NCBI GenBank assembly: GCA_951406725.2
Contig: OX597819.1
Location: 101,494,001-101,558,000 of the forward strand
Length of the DNA: 64,000 nucleotides
Direction: 5' to 3'
Source of the DNA: Octopus vulgaris
Taxonomy: Eukaryota
Shown: piece after piece, positions 1-13,260 of the stretch
Layout of the letters: each line of letters begins with the position of its first letter
How positions within the stretch are numbered: the first letter of the stretch is position 1
Notes under the pieces: model-generated
Seen by the model: the letters and a program-made list of their open reading frames with translations, nothing else
Told to the model about the DNA's origin: nothing
The model's database searches: none
Made by a program: the position numbers and the translations under genes

Positions 1-977
1 GGTGCTGGTTTAACGCCAGTGTCTTGGCCGTTACCTGAGCCGCAGGGCCAGTTTTCATGGCTTCCTCTAAATCCTTAACTAGAGTTGATCTCCTCCTGGC
101 CTCTCTAGCACTAATCTTATGCTATATCTAATAGACTCGAATTTTATGGCTCGTTTGATAGCATACCACCATTAATTATTAATGATGGCACCAGATATCG
201 CCCTCTGAATCAAAGTCCTAATCCGGTCTCTGTACTCCTTGATCGCCAAAAGGGACGTATTAAGATTCCAATAACCAGAGCCTCTCTTATATACCTTATG
301 TATGTCAAGCTTACAGGTGACCATTTTATGATCAATATAGCTGACCGGGTAAAACTGTGGACACTTAGGTATTTCTCTATCTGCTTTTCTAATTAGTACT
401 CTATCTATGTATGTCCTGGAAGTTCCGTCGCTATTTGACCATGTCCACAATTGAGAGTTCGGAAATTCCAACCTATAAGGATCTGCTAGCTCAAAGCGAC
501 TTAGCAGTTCCAGGAAGCCAGGGTTACCTTTCCTATCTGTACACGAGCCAACATAATCTACATCCGCCTTGTAAATTGTGTTGTAGTCTCCTAGCACAAC
601 TAATGAATGTGAAGTACTAAGAAACTTCTCTAGCTCTCGAAAATACTCACTTTGCCCAGATGATGATGAGGGTGCATAAATTGCAATCAGTTACTGAACG
701 TCAAATCCATGACGACTGAAAAAATTAACTTTTTCTCAAAAACCCGGTTTCTTTTTAATAGGACTAACACGCCACTCCTGCCGGTAGGACTGCCTGGAGA
801 GAAAAAACTCTCGTAGCCGTTCAACAGCGGGAGCAGATCTCTTGGCTCCTCTAACCGAGTTTCTGTAGCAACAATGACATCCAAATTCCGCGACCTGATA
901 TCATTAAGGAAGCGACCCTGCTTCCAGCTTGATCTCAGGCCACGCATATTCAAGCAACCAACATGAATGTTAGACAT
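1..977 (-). pseudogene. LINE ORF2 N-terminal apurinic-like endonuclease, frameshifted
   Basis: MSNIHVGCLNMRGL...DVIVATET, LGDYN, WTW...TYIDRVL, DHKMV and GSGYWNLNTSLL are the canonical L1/Tx1 APE motifs (NxRG, QET, GDFN, RIDR, SDH, WKLN). Confidence 0.9.
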
Positions 978-980
978 TAC

Positions 981-2263
981 TTACCTCAGTATCAGTGGTT
1001 CAGCGTTTTTTCATCCTCGTTTTCTTTTTCTCGGGCTCGTGGCGTATTTGGTCGTAGGCCCTCGTAAATATATGGAGAAAATCCATTCTTAGAGGGCCTA
1101 CGCCGTGGAAGAATTCGGACTTAATCCGCCCGTAATCCTCCCGGCCTATCTTGTAGATAAGGAAGTCTTTTGATGTACTTTTTTCAACTCGTTTGACAGT
1201 TGGGATAACTGCCAAACGGTTGACTAGTCTGTTGTTTGAGGCCTTTATGGCCATGTACGTATTGTCTTTCTCTTGTTCATTTTTCTTTTTTATATTCAAT
1301 TTGGGAGGGGCGGTCTGTGTTTTTTTCCTTTTCCTTAAAAGTAGTCGACCAGTCTTTCTCTTCACTTTCTTCTGTCGCTGGTGATGTAACATCTTTAGGT
1401 GTTGGTGCTGGTGTTTCTTTTAGTGTTGGTACTGGTGTTGTCTCATCTGGTGTTTCTTCTTTTCTTTCCTTCTCTTTTGGTTGGCACTCGGCCCTTGTGT
1501 GTCCCTTCAACTCGCAGCTGAAGCATCTCGGTTTTCTGGCTTCCACGTATACTATCAGTCTCTCACCTCCGCCAACATTTATGGCTTTTGGAATTTCTTC
1601 TAATGTTGCCACCTCCGCTTGAATTACCATCGTCAAGCATTGCCCTTTCCAATGCTCTTCCTCTTCCACTGAGGCCTGGAGAATATTTATTTTTTCCTCC
1701 AGGCCTAATGTTATTGCTGCCACTAAACAAGAGGCATCCACTTCAGGGGGTAAGTTATTTATTTTTGATGTTCTTCCTCCCATGAATATTGGAAGAAGAA
1801 CCACCTCCTCTGTTTTGAGTGTCTCCGAAGAGTACCTTTTGGCTGCTTCTTCTGTTTTGAACCTTACTTCCAATGTACCGAACCGTTTTCCACGGTTGAT
1901 GTAGGTGATTTCGGGTCAAATTGGTTTCAGGCATTTTTCTACATTTTTTCCTCTATTCTTTGTATCATTTTTTAAACTATGCTGTACGTCTTGTATATGA
2001 TCCTTTTCCTGTTTACTGCGTCTGTCGTTCCTTCTGTTGTAGCCACTGTAATTTCTGTTCCTTCTTTTTTCAACATGTGCATATATTTTTCTAAATTACT
2101 CTTTTCAGTATTTAGCTTTTTTTCCCCTTTTCCTAGCTACCTCTGCGAATTTCTTCAGTGAGACTACTGGTGTTATTTCATTTTGTTTTTTCGGTGTTAC
2201 TGCTGGTGAACTACTTTCTTCACCTGACACGGGTGAGAAAGAAAATGGTGTATGCATTTCCAT
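981..2263 (-). pseudogene. LINE ORF1 (gag-like, zinc knuckle), disrupted by frameshifts
   Basis: ATG at 2263 (MEMHTPFSFSP...). ORF 1277..1873 contains CFSCELKGHTRAEC (CX2CX4HX4C). The reading continues in the frame of ORF 1000..1392. Confidence 0.8.
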
Positions 2264-2279
2264 TTTTCCACAACAAGTT

Positions 2280-2359
2280 GCCTTTCACAAAATTGGCTTA
2301 AAAAGCCTTTCTCAAAAATTTGGTTCAGAAGCCTTTCACAAAAATTGGCTTAAATAGCC
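2280..2359 (-). repeat. Three tandem ~25-26 bp monomers in the LINE 5'UTR
   Basis: gcctttcacaaaattggcttaaaaa / gcctttctcaaaaatttggttcagaa / gcctttcacaaaaattggcttaaata. Confidence 0.8.
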
Positions 2360-2741
2360 ACAAGATAACGATAATTCCCCCGCAGGGGGGTTCAACAAAT
2401 AGCTTTCAAAGAAAGCAAACAACAGTTCTTTTTTAAAAACAATATCAATAATTCACAGTAACAATAGCAATATTTACAGGGAAAAAATTAACACGTACCA
2501 ACTCAGTCGAAGCAGCTGTTCGAGAAAACAGACATTACATACAGCCAAACTTCATATAGATACTTAATGCTAGCTAATTAGCAGAAAATCTAATGTAAAA
2601 GCCGTGGTAAACGGTATGTGCACAGCTCCGACGGGACTATTCCATTTCTGCACACTAATTTTATTTTTCAGTTTTTTGTTTTTTGTTTTTGTTTTTCCAG
2701 TTTCAGCTCTTGAGCTGTGGCCATGCTGGGGCACCGCCATT

Positions 2742-2903
2742 GTGGTGAAAGAGTACAGCAGGGATCACCACCCCCTGCCGGAGCCTCGTAGAGCTTTTAG
2801 GTGTTTTCGCTCAATAAACACACACAACGCCCGGTCTGAGAATCGAAACCGCGATCCTGCGACCGCGAGTCCGCTGCCCTAACCACTAGGCCATTGCGCC
2901 TCT
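2742..2903 (-). mobile_element. tRNA-derived SINE family A, 5' half
   Basis: Minus strand has A box TGGCCTAGTGG and B-box-like GGTTTCGATTC; body matches 10410-10560. Confidence 0.85.
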
Positions 2904-3149
2904 ACAATTATTCCCATTCATGTGAAACCACTTATTCAAGTTCAAGTAATTGATGCAATTTTATACCAATTGCTATATTTACTTTTGCTATGTTACGATT
3001 ATATTATACTTTAGTTTGATTTTAATTATTACTTACTACATATAATTCAATTGTTATTATTATCTCTAATTTTTATTGTTAAAATGAAAGTATCTGACAT
3101 AAAATAGAGAAATGTTTTTGTTTCAATTTTAACACGTAGTACTGAAGTA

Positions 3150-3339
3150 GTGGAGAAGATATGATATTGCTATGGGCTCGCCCTATGCAAGAAGTTGAAC
3201 AGTTCTTTTTGCCCATGAAACTACATGGACCCTAAGTAAGGCATGTGTAAAATTTGAATGAAATTGGTAGTGTAGTTCTCAAGTTTTAGGGAAACACACA
3301 GACAGACAGACAAACATTCTCAGTTTTATATATAGAGAG

Positions 3340-3340
<1 letters not shown>
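3150..3340 (-). mobile_element. Non-autonomous Helitron-like element, 5' part
   Basis: Minus strand starts A|TCTCTCTATATATAAAA then (TGTC)n, the same layout as the Helitron at 22434; no 3' CTAG or hairpin found. Confidence 0.6.
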
Positions 3341-3419
<79 letters not shown>

Positions 3420-4234
3420 TATATGCATATATATATATATATATATGTATATGCATATATAAATATATATATACATACATGTATGTATATATATGTATGT
3501 ACATGTGTAGTTATGTATCTTAATATGAGTGTAACTGTCAGTATGAATTATACTTGTTCGCCTGTATACCTATGTATCCATCTATCCATCCATCCGTCCG
3601 TCCATCTATCCATCCATCCATCTATGTATGTATGTATGTATGTATGTATGTATGTATGTATCTATCCATCTATCTATCTATCTATCTATCAATCTCTACC
3701 TCTCTCTTTCTCTCTCTGCATATATGTATATTTGCGTGTGCATAAATATATATCATATCATATGTCGCTCAGTATTATAAAGGAAACATTATAAATGTAT
3801 ATTGCATATATATATACGTGCATATGTGTGTGTTTGTATGTCCGTCTGTATGGCATGCCTGTTTGTATGTAGTTAAATATATATAAATATATATTTATAC
3901 ATGTTTGCATTTTATATCATATTACATAATATTATATTATAAAGAAATAGCAATAAATATACTTTGTTCAAAATGGCTGACAGAAACAGTCGTGCGAGTG
4001 ATAAGCAACGTTTCATTGTATGGAAACGATTTTCTGAGAGAAATTGAATTAATGCGGCAGCAGCGGCAGGTTGTTAGATTATGTAAGGCCATCAATAACT
4101 TGATACAGAGTCAGATATAGAGTTGAGTTGAACGGAAGCTTTATGGAACAAAATGACACCCCGATATGGAATCATAGATTGAATAATACTCACATTTTCA
4201 CGTGCATACATAGGCAAGTTATATATGCATATAA

Positions 4235-4354
<120 letters not shown>

Positions 4355-4455
4355 TATATAATTATCGACCGCCTATCCACCCATAGATATATGGGTGTTA
4401 GGTGTTCTTTCATAAATTAATGTGTATGTGAATGTGTATATATATCTACACGTAT

Positions 4456-4533
<78 letters not shown>

Positions 4534-4561
4534 ACATAAAGGGAAAGGGAGAGTTAAGTGA

Positions 4562-4599
<38 letters not shown>

Positions 4600-5539
4600 T
4601 CACATACATAACACTTATATCCACTTTCTTTCTCTCTTTCTCTCTCTTTCCCACGCACACAAATTATACATGCATGTATAAATATACATGCATATATGTG
4701 TCTAGAAGTATATGTGTGTTGTATTAGTGTACACGTATATTTCTGGCAAAGAAGGGAAATAGATGAAGTTTGAAATAAAGAATATGAGAAAAAAAATCAT
4801 TTACCGGGTCGCTGAGTGAGATGGCGAAATATAGTTTGTTGAGTGCATCTAGAAACTTCTCATGTAAATAGAGTTCTATGTAATATAGTCTATTTCTTAT
4901 GAACGTAAAAAATATGTAGATCTGTGTGTCTATGCATATGAATGTGTAATAAATGAAACATAAACGCTCTCACACACGTTCACATTTCTTGTGTACGTAG
5001 GTATATTTGTGCCCACGTGTGAATGTTAGTATTTTTGTGCATATCTATAGTATTCTCAGAAATATATAGATTTTGTGTAAACATAACGAAAATACTTTTA
5101 TGCTAAAAATCATCTTCGCAATATTCTCGATGAGCATGAAACGAATTCATGTTTAATGAAATAGCATAAATAGATATGATGATTGGTTATACGAAAAGAC
5201 ATTGGAAAATGCGTCCATGTTATACGCACATAAAGGTAAATATGTACATTTATTAAATTTTCTCCGGACACGAACTGGTGTTCCTAGTACTTGCGGCTGT
5301 AAAAGAACTGTCGCTGTGCACTCGGTAAAAAGAGTAAGCTTTAACAGAAAGCATGTTTATATACAAATGTGGTGAAATAGAGAATCTAAAACTGATTTGC
5401 AAAAAAAACAAACATAAATTTCAAGAATATTTGTTAAAAACACATATACAAACATATACACATATAATAATACTTACATACTTATTTATATAAGAACTTT
5501 TACGTGTTTGTATATTTGTGTGTCGATGTGTACGTATGC

Positions 5540-5690
5540 CAGTACTTGACTGGTTCTTGTTTTATCGACACTGAAAGAATGAAAGGCAAAACGCAAAATC
5601 ACCCTGCGCGGAATTTGAACTCAGAACGTAAAGATGGATGAAATGATGCCATGTTTTTTGCCCTGTATGATTATCATTCTAGCATCTTGC
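5540..5690 (-). mobile_element. Nin-domain SINE (family D), degraded
   Basis: gaatgaaaggcaaa...cggaatttgaactcagaacg is the reverse complement of the family D body. Confidence 0.75.
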
Positions 5691-5857
5691 CTCAATAATT
5701 CTTGCACTTTATTGGCATCAAAGGATATATATGTGTACACTAATAGGCATTTATACATATGTCGTTCATTTGTTCCTCCTAGTTATAATAACTTTTTAAT
5801 TCAAATTATGCATATATAATATACATGTTCAACAAAGAGCCCAATCTATTTCGTAGA

Positions 5858-5913
<56 letters not shown>

Positions 5914-6868
5914 GGATGTATGAGTGTGTGTGTGAGTACGAGACGCACAACAGTAAAATATGTATTTGTCGAAGCCCAGTAGATAATTAAATAGATTAGT
6001 TAATTTAATTATTAATTACTATAGATAATATAATAATTGTTGATGTGTAAATATACAGGAGACTGTAGTAAGGTATCGTATCGTTGATTTAGTTATTCCT
6101 TATACTGAAGACACTAGTTATAATTAACAGCTTTAGAATTTGATTGTAGGATTAATTGTATTATAAAGCTTCACATCAATCATGTAAACAGAAAAAGAAA
6201 TATACAACTGGATATGTATATTACACTAAAAACAGCAGTGAAAAGATCAAGTTTAATATAATGTCACACATGATAACCAACAATATTATACCAACGGTGC
6301 TACTTCGGAATGTTTGTTAGTTCCATCTTTTCTTTGAGCTTAAAATACCTAAGTTCTATTCAATCTATTAGCAACCTTCTGAATTCAGTAAAAAAAGGTT
6401 CTGCTATTTAATGCTGGCGTTGTTGGTGTAGTTTTGTATTTGACAAAAATGCAGGTAGCTTTTACAATTAATTAGGGTTATTTTCAATTAATTAGCGTTA
6501 TTAAATCTGCATTCTACTCTTTTGTTGTCTCTTAATTCATACAAGGGTGTATCAACAATGGTTACACAAGAATGTATCAACATAATACGATATTTACTGA
6601 TGTATATTAAGCTCGAAGTTGGGCGCCAGAGAGACTCCTAATTAATAAATATTACTGGCGGTATTCTTATGTCACCATAACCTGTGGAGCTATTCTTGCT
6701 GTTGTTGGTTCCAGGTGTTCACGCATACACTCTTTATTTGAAGGCGACTTGTTAATTATAAGTCCTTCACACACACACACATACAGACACACACACACAA
6801 TCACGCATAGAAAAGTACACATAGGCCCATACATATATATTGTGAGTGTATGTATGATCGTATTTGAA

Positions 6869-7039
6869 GGCGCAGGAGTGGCTGTGTGGTAAGTAGCTTG
6901 CTAACCAACCACATGGTTCCGAGTTCATTCCCACTGCGAGGCACCTTGGGCAAGTGTCTTCTGCTATAGCCCCGGGCCGACCAATGCCTTGTGAGTGGAT
7001 CTGGTAGACGGAAACTGAAAGAAGCCTGTCGTATATATG

Positions 7040-7074
<35 letters not shown>

Positions 7075-7284
7075 CTGTGTTTGTCTCCCTAGCATCGCTT
7101 GACAACCGATGCTGGTGTGTTTACGTCCACGTCACTTAGCGGTTCGGCAAAAGAGACCGATAGAATAAGTACGGGGCTTACAAAGAATAAGTCCCGGGGT
7201 CGATTTGCTCGACTAAATGTGGTGCTCCAGCATGGCCGCAGTCAAATGACTGAAACAAGTAAAAGAGTAAAAAGAGTAAGAGAG
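6869..7284 (+). mobile_element. Full-length tRNA/CORE-type SINE (family C) with an internal (TA)n(TG)n microsatellite
   Basis: A box TGGCTGTGTGG, B box GAGTTCATTCCC, CORE-like ACCTTGGGCAAGTG, tail ...gactgaaacaagtaaaagagtaaaaagagtaagag; several other copies in the window. Confidence 0.9.
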
Positions 7285-7304
7285 TATATTTATATAAAAG
7301 GAGG

Positions 7305-7460
7305 CGGGTCGAAAGTGCATGGCTTAGTAATTAGGATGTTGGGCTTACGATCGTATGATCCAAGGTTCGATTACTGGACAAGATTATGCGTTTTTTCCTT
7401 GATCAAAGCATTTATTTTGAAGACGTTCATGCCTGCTCAGCTAAAACTGAGTACCAAGTC
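7305..7460 (+). mobile_element. Degraded tRNA-SINE related to family B
   Basis: tggcttagtaattagg...ggttcgatt...ccttgatcaaagca...ctcagctaaaactgagtacc. Confidence 0.55.
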
Positions 7461-7684
7461 AGTGCTGGACGCAGTGGCGGATCCAGTGAAATTTCTAAGG
7501 TCTACCAAGTAGACGAGCTTCCTCCATTTGTTACATTTTCGATGGTTCCCTGGTGTTAGCGTGAATAGAGGGAGCATCGATTATATAATACATAAAGAAA
7601 GCAAAAGCGGAATACAAGACATCACATCATATTCGTAATATCTATATATCTATCAATTTATCTATCGCTTTCTTTCTCTCTCTC

Positions 7685-7762
<78 letters not shown>

Positions 7763-7763
<1 letters not shown>

Positions 7764-7985
7764 TGGATGCGCGTGGCTTAGTGGTTAGGGTGTCAGCATC
7801 AAGATTGTGGTTCCGATTCCTGGGCCGGGTGACGCGTTGTGTTCTTGAGCAAAACACTTCATTTCACGTTGCTCCAGTCCACTCAGCTGGCAAAAATGAG
7901 TAACGATGCGATCACATACGCCATTGAAACCGGGAAACCGGGCTCATGAGCCTGGCTAAGCTTTAAAAGGGCGCATTTATTTTAT
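7763..7985 (+). mobile_element. tRNA-derived SINE family B (CORE/V-like central domain), internally deleted
   Basis: A box TGGCTTAGTGG, GTTCCGATTCC, gtgttcttgagcaaaacactt...ccagtccactcagctg...aaatgagta; matches 31937-32190. Confidence 0.85.
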
Positions 7986-8566
7986 TATATATATATATAT
8001 ATATATCCACACACATATGGATGTGTATTTGTGTGTACCTATGTGTTTGCATTACCACCATTGCTAAAATTAATCCTCGGGGATTCAGCATGCGTCATAA
8101 TGAGGTCTGTTAGGGAACCAAATTATAGATGTAGCCATTTCCTGTCAGGAAGGAAATGTACGTAGTAAGCCAGTCATCATAGTCAAGACAGCACGGAATA
8201 CACATTCAAGTGCATTGAATCATGCTCACTTAACCTGCCTTGCAATGCTGCAGTATTAGTGTACTAAGTAATTAGAGTACAAAGTAAGGATCGTTGCTTT
8301 GACCATCCCGAAACAGATATGGGGGCCTGATGATTGGGGTTATATTTTAAGAATGGTTCCAGCAAAATATGGAGTGGTTTAGGAACCGGGAAATGTACCT
8401 CATGAAACACGTGTAAACAAGTTATAAAGTAGTAGGTATTTCAAATAAAAATTATTTCTTATATGGTGAGATGAAGGGGCCTACAATCTCTAAATGAAAA
8501 TATATATTTCTTCATTGAGAATAATTTGAACCCCTGTTATGCCGGAATTTTTATTCCCTAACAAAT

Positions 8567-8609
<43 letters not shown>

Positions 8610-8634
8610 TTTGTGCGCGTTTGTGTGTGTGAGC

Positions 8635-8727
<93 letters not shown>

Positions 8728-9022
8728 CGTGTGTGCATATGTTTAGTGTTTGCGGGTACAAATGTTTTTCGCTGATTTGTATTGTCGATTTTATATTTAT
8801 ATAAGGCGTATGTCTCGCTAAGCTAAGCTTTTTATGATATCTTTATCATTATTTTTATATTTAATGTACTGGCCAGATGATATCATCAATCACGACAATA
8901 TATCATCAGAGATATCAATTATTCAGTTTTTCATTGCACTTATTTGACTGTATCTGAGTGAGTTTCTCTTACTGATGGCTTCTATATGTATAATGACAAA
9001 TGGATTTAACAATCTATAAATT

Positions 9023-9069
<47 letters not shown>

Positions 9070-9392
9070 CTGTGTGTGTATAGGTATATGTATTTGTATG
9101 TACACACAAATGCACACGTGCACACATACACACATATAGACACGCATAATCACACACACACACATATATATATATATAGATAAGAGATTATAAAATTATA
9201 GGCATGTATATATAAAAAAATATAAGAGCTAATTACAAAGAAGATAGATATGATAGAGTAGACACAGATTTGTAATATATTAAATAGACAGTAGACGAGT
9301 GCATATGTGTATACGACTATATATATATATATATATATAGTTAGATAAATAGATAGATATATACACCTTATGCATAATTCACTACTTCCTTT

Positions 9393-9428
<36 letters not shown>

Positions 9429-9775
9429 TGCGTGTATATTATGTATATATGATATATATTTATATGTGTGTACACGCACATATGTGTGTGTATTTGTGTG
9501 TGTGTGTATTTTAATGCTTGTTTTATGCATAAATATTACCTTCAGCACTCACTGAAGTTGATTAACAGATTTATGTTTATTTGGGCATACATAATTTTTA
9601 TATTTTGCCAGTTGTGGTGGAATCAGGAGAAATTTTTCATACAAAACTTCCAGTAGAGCCGTTACCACACGTTTTACTTTCCAAAGTTAATGTACCCCAA
9701 ACAACAATTGCCAATGTATCCGTCGATAAGCTGATATTTAACTATTCGAAAATGATGTTTAATTCATAACATACA

Positions 9776-9819
<44 letters not shown>

Positions 9820-10209
9820 CTGTCTTCTCTCTCACTCTATCTTTAAGACATACAAACATTCATACACACACACACATACAAAATCTGTCTGTCTCTCTCA
9901 CTCTCTCGCTCTCTCTCTCTCTCTCTCTCTTTCTCTTTCACACATACTCACTCACTTTTCCTCTCTCTCACACTCACTCGCCTTTCCTCTCTCTCTATCT
10001 CTCTCTAACGCATACAAACACACACATACACATACAGATTTCATTCATCACCATACTTCCACGTGATTCAACAACCAATCCCAACCAGTAGGGTTTCACA
10101 CAACAGGTTGCACAATTCCTCCATTCGATCTCTGAAATTCAAAACGTGAAATATCAGCTCGAGTGATTTTCCAGAGTCGCCACCCTATAGTTGTACGCCA
10201 ATCTGTCTC

Positions 10210-10352
10210 AAGATTACCCACTTAAAGCTGAGTGAACTGCACCAACGTGAAATGAAATCTTTGCTCAAACACCCAACATACAATTGGTCAGGCGATGGAA
10301 ACATTAATCTCAAGATCGTGAGCGCATCACCCCAAACACTAAGCCACGCGCA
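10210..10352 (-). mobile_element. Degraded family B SINE head
   Basis: agctgagtgaactgcaccaacgtgaaatgaaa...cactaagccacgcgc. Confidence 0.65.
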
Positions 10353-10409
10353 TATCACATCTCCTCACATACATGCATATATACATACATATATGCATAT
10401 ATACATTGC

Positions 10410-10707
10410 GTGGAGGAGTAATGGCACGGTGGTTAGGGCAGCGGACTCGCGGTTTCGATTCCCAGATCGGGCGTTGTGAGTGTTTATTGAGCGAAAACAC
10501 CTAAAGCTCCACGAGTCTCCTGCAGGGGGTAGTGGTGATCCCTACTGTACCCTTTCTCTACAATTTTCTCTCACTCTTTCTTCTATAGGCCTGCTCGCTT
10601 AGCCAGCGGGGTGGCGTCATGTGAAGGCTAAAACAATGCGAAGCGCATTGTGACCAGCGATGTGTAGCAATATCTGATAGCATGGTCGGTCACGGTGATC
10701 ACGGGGA
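10410..10707 (+). mobile_element. SINE family A, near full length
   Basis: tRNA head ggttagggcagcggactcgcggtttcgattccc; body shared with 2742-2903. Confidence 0.85.
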
Positions 10708-10742
10708 TATACATATATAAATGTATTTGCGTATATGAGAGA

Positions 10743-10799
<57 letters not shown>

Positions 10800-10804
10800 A
10801 GCGT

Positions 10805-10995
10805 CTTTGTGCTTGTGTTCGTTCTAGCTACTCAGTGATAATCGGTGTTGGTTTGTTTAAGTGTTTCTAATGTTGCGGCCCAGCAAACAGGCAAAAATAT
10901 AGATAGGCGTAAGATTAACAATTGGGTCGATTTATCCGACTAATGGCGCAGCTCAAACATGGCCACCTTCCAATGAATGAAACAAGTAAAATAGT
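10805..10995 (+). mobile_element. Family C SINE 3' half, degraded
   Basis: Follows (TG)n; ggtcgatttatccgactaa...catggccac...tgaaacaagtaaaa. Confidence 0.7.
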
Positions 10996-11572
10996 ATAAC
11001 TATGGGCATATGTGTGTATGAATTTACGTTTCCAACACTTTTTTGTCCGTTATGCATAATACAACCAAAAGATGATATACGTCGGAATGTGTGTGGTGTG
11101 CATGCATGTCTGTATATGTATATATGTTTGGCATATAATGATAACTATATAGAAATAGAGAAATATATTTGGAAGTTCAGGAAAGCTTGTGAGTTTCAAG
11201 ACAAAAGGTTTAGTTAATTATGAAGTAACTTTATGTTGTGTGTCTGTGTGTGAAGTCGAGTTATATTCCACTTGACAACATCATCAAGATTTATGAAGCC
11301 ATCGATGATAGATCCAGCCGAGTAATTGCTGCGTTCAGTCGGTGAAAATAAGTAAACGGTGTCATGTGTGCATGATTTAAAATCAATTTAGAAGTATTAG
11401 CATCGCCTTTATTTATCAGTGTGCGCGTAAATTTGTACAAACTCGCGCACCATACATGCAGTGAGATCGCTCTGTATGTGTGACTGTGCACGCGTATGTA
11501 TGCATGTATGCATATTATATATATATATATACACATATATATTAAATATATGTATGTATACACATAAATATC

Positions 11573-11604
<32 letters not shown>

Positions 11605-12300
11605 GTGTGTGTGTATAGGTATATGTATACAAACACATGCACTTGCACACACACATACATACACGCTCAGGTATTTAAATAGAGTAAAAGAGACAGTAGA
11701 GGAAGAGGGAGAAAAATGGCGAGAAAGGGAAAAAGTGAAGAAAAATGAGAAGACGAGAGAAATGTGGAGAGGTATACAGCGAATAGGACACAAAATATTA
11801 TACCTCTCTAAAAGTTAGCAAGATCTACAGTTGACTACTTCCATGCGAATAATGTATTTGAAATAAGAGCATCAAAATTTACTACATTCAAATCAAATGC
11901 TGAAAATGGTGGTTTACAATATTTTGGAAGCCGATTAGTTAATTTTAAGACACAAACCAGCTGACACAAATTCATGAACGATTGTAGCGCATAACTGCTT
12001 GATAATTGTAAGGCTGTGTTGGTGGGCTTCATTTTATGGTATAGTTACATGAATAAATCTGCAACTATCAAGTTAAAGCATTACAATGTCATTCACAAAT
12101 ATACCTCGGTGCCTTATGCAGCGCTCAGTTAAATGCTCCTTTAGGTAAGATCCTATGATGTTAACAAAATGAGATGTAAAAGCATTCATTTGAAAATGCT
12201 TGTGACACTATAAGAGAAATAAAGTACACACTAGGAGTTAACAGTTAACATCTCGTCGTAACGAGCAACTTTCTGCGTGCCGGCAGAAAAGAAAGGTCCT

Positions 12301-12386
12301 TGGGGTCGATGTAGTCGACTTAATCCATTTGTCTGTCCTTGTTTGTACCCTCTGTGTGTAGCCCCTTGTGGGCAATACAGAAATAC
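12301..12386 (+). mobile_element. 5'-truncated family D SINE (3' tail only)
   Basis: tggggtcgatgtagtcgacttaatcc...gccccttgtgggcaatacagaaata. Confidence 0.8.
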
Positions 12387-12411
12387 GAAACAAGCGCTTT
12401 GCAGCTGAAGC

Positions 12412-12800
12412 TCACGACTGATTCCTATGCCTACCTTTATCTACAGTTTCATGAAGATTAGATGTACTAAAATATATGTTGCAGTTGATAACAAATCCAT
12501 CCAAATGGAATTTTGCTTCTCTAACCAAGTTACGAGTCCAGTAACAAAAAGGAATATTTCTTTGTACAATTGAACTTAAAGATGAAAATCTTCCCCGTTT
12601 TTGTAAAATCAAGTGATCTAACTTATAACTTCAGAGAATATGTCACATTGACTTCTGGATGACATTCTCTTGAGATTAAACACCTATTAGAGATGTCTAA
12701 GGATATTGTTCATAATACTGGCCGACTTGTTGAACATTCTCATCTGTCATGGCTGACACTGAATGACTACAGTGAGAAACATTATTAATTCAACCTGTAA
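12412..12800 (-). mobile_element. Highly decayed Tc1/mariner (maT/DD37D-like) transposase fragment
   Basis: REAKFHLDGFVINCN resembles the maT motif DEAxFHLxGxVNxxN. Confidence 0.4.
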
Positions 12801-13072
12801 TCTTCCAATTACCAAAGAGAACATCAATAGTTCTTCTGGTTAGTGGAGCACTTCTAATATCCTACCTTTATCAGAGTTGAATAGAAACTGGATATTGAAG
12901 TCAATATATCGTTTTATCCAACCACGCATGTATTGTACAGTTCTGTAATGTGACTCATATTACTGATTCAGAAATAAGTGCAAATATACTTCATTATATT
13001 GTGTTTTACAGTTTTGTCATATAGCAATAAATGAGAAAACCAATATGGTTTTCGTATTTGTTGCTCTATGTG

Positions 13073-13196
<124 letters not shown>

Positions 13197-13260
13197 AACG
13201 ATAGATAGATAGATAGATAGATAGATATACATACATGCGTATATACATAAATATATATTG

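Larger units (their letters stand above)
1..2533 (-). mobile_element. Tx1/L1-clade non-LTR retrotransposon, 5' half (5'UTR, ORF1, start of ORF2), frameshifted, runs off the left edge of the window
   Basis: ORF1 with a CCHC knuckle followed directly by an APE endonuclease with L1/Tx1-type motifs; the 5' end near 2533 is approximate. Confidence 0.9.

Noticed and set aside
2835-2903. tRNA gene (also at 6869, 7763, 10410, 31937)
   Set aside because: A and B boxes are present but there is no full cloverleaf, and each continues into a repeated SINE body
7491-7510. CAGTGGCGGATCCAG hAT-like TIR
   Set aside because: No partner TIR or TSD found
7500-7525. Minus-strand GAAGCTCGTCT resembling miR-993
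   Set aside because: Only 11 nt match my recollection of the mature sequence, and there is no precursor hairpin
8870-8930. CAGATGATATC...GATATC hammerhead candidate
   Set aside because: Both core motifs are broken; it cannot be supported
13022-13066. Imperfect hairpin agcaataaatgagaaaacc-aatat-ggttttcgtatttgttgct as a pre-miRNA
   Set aside because: Too short and AT-rich, abuts (TA)n, and matches no miRNA I recognise
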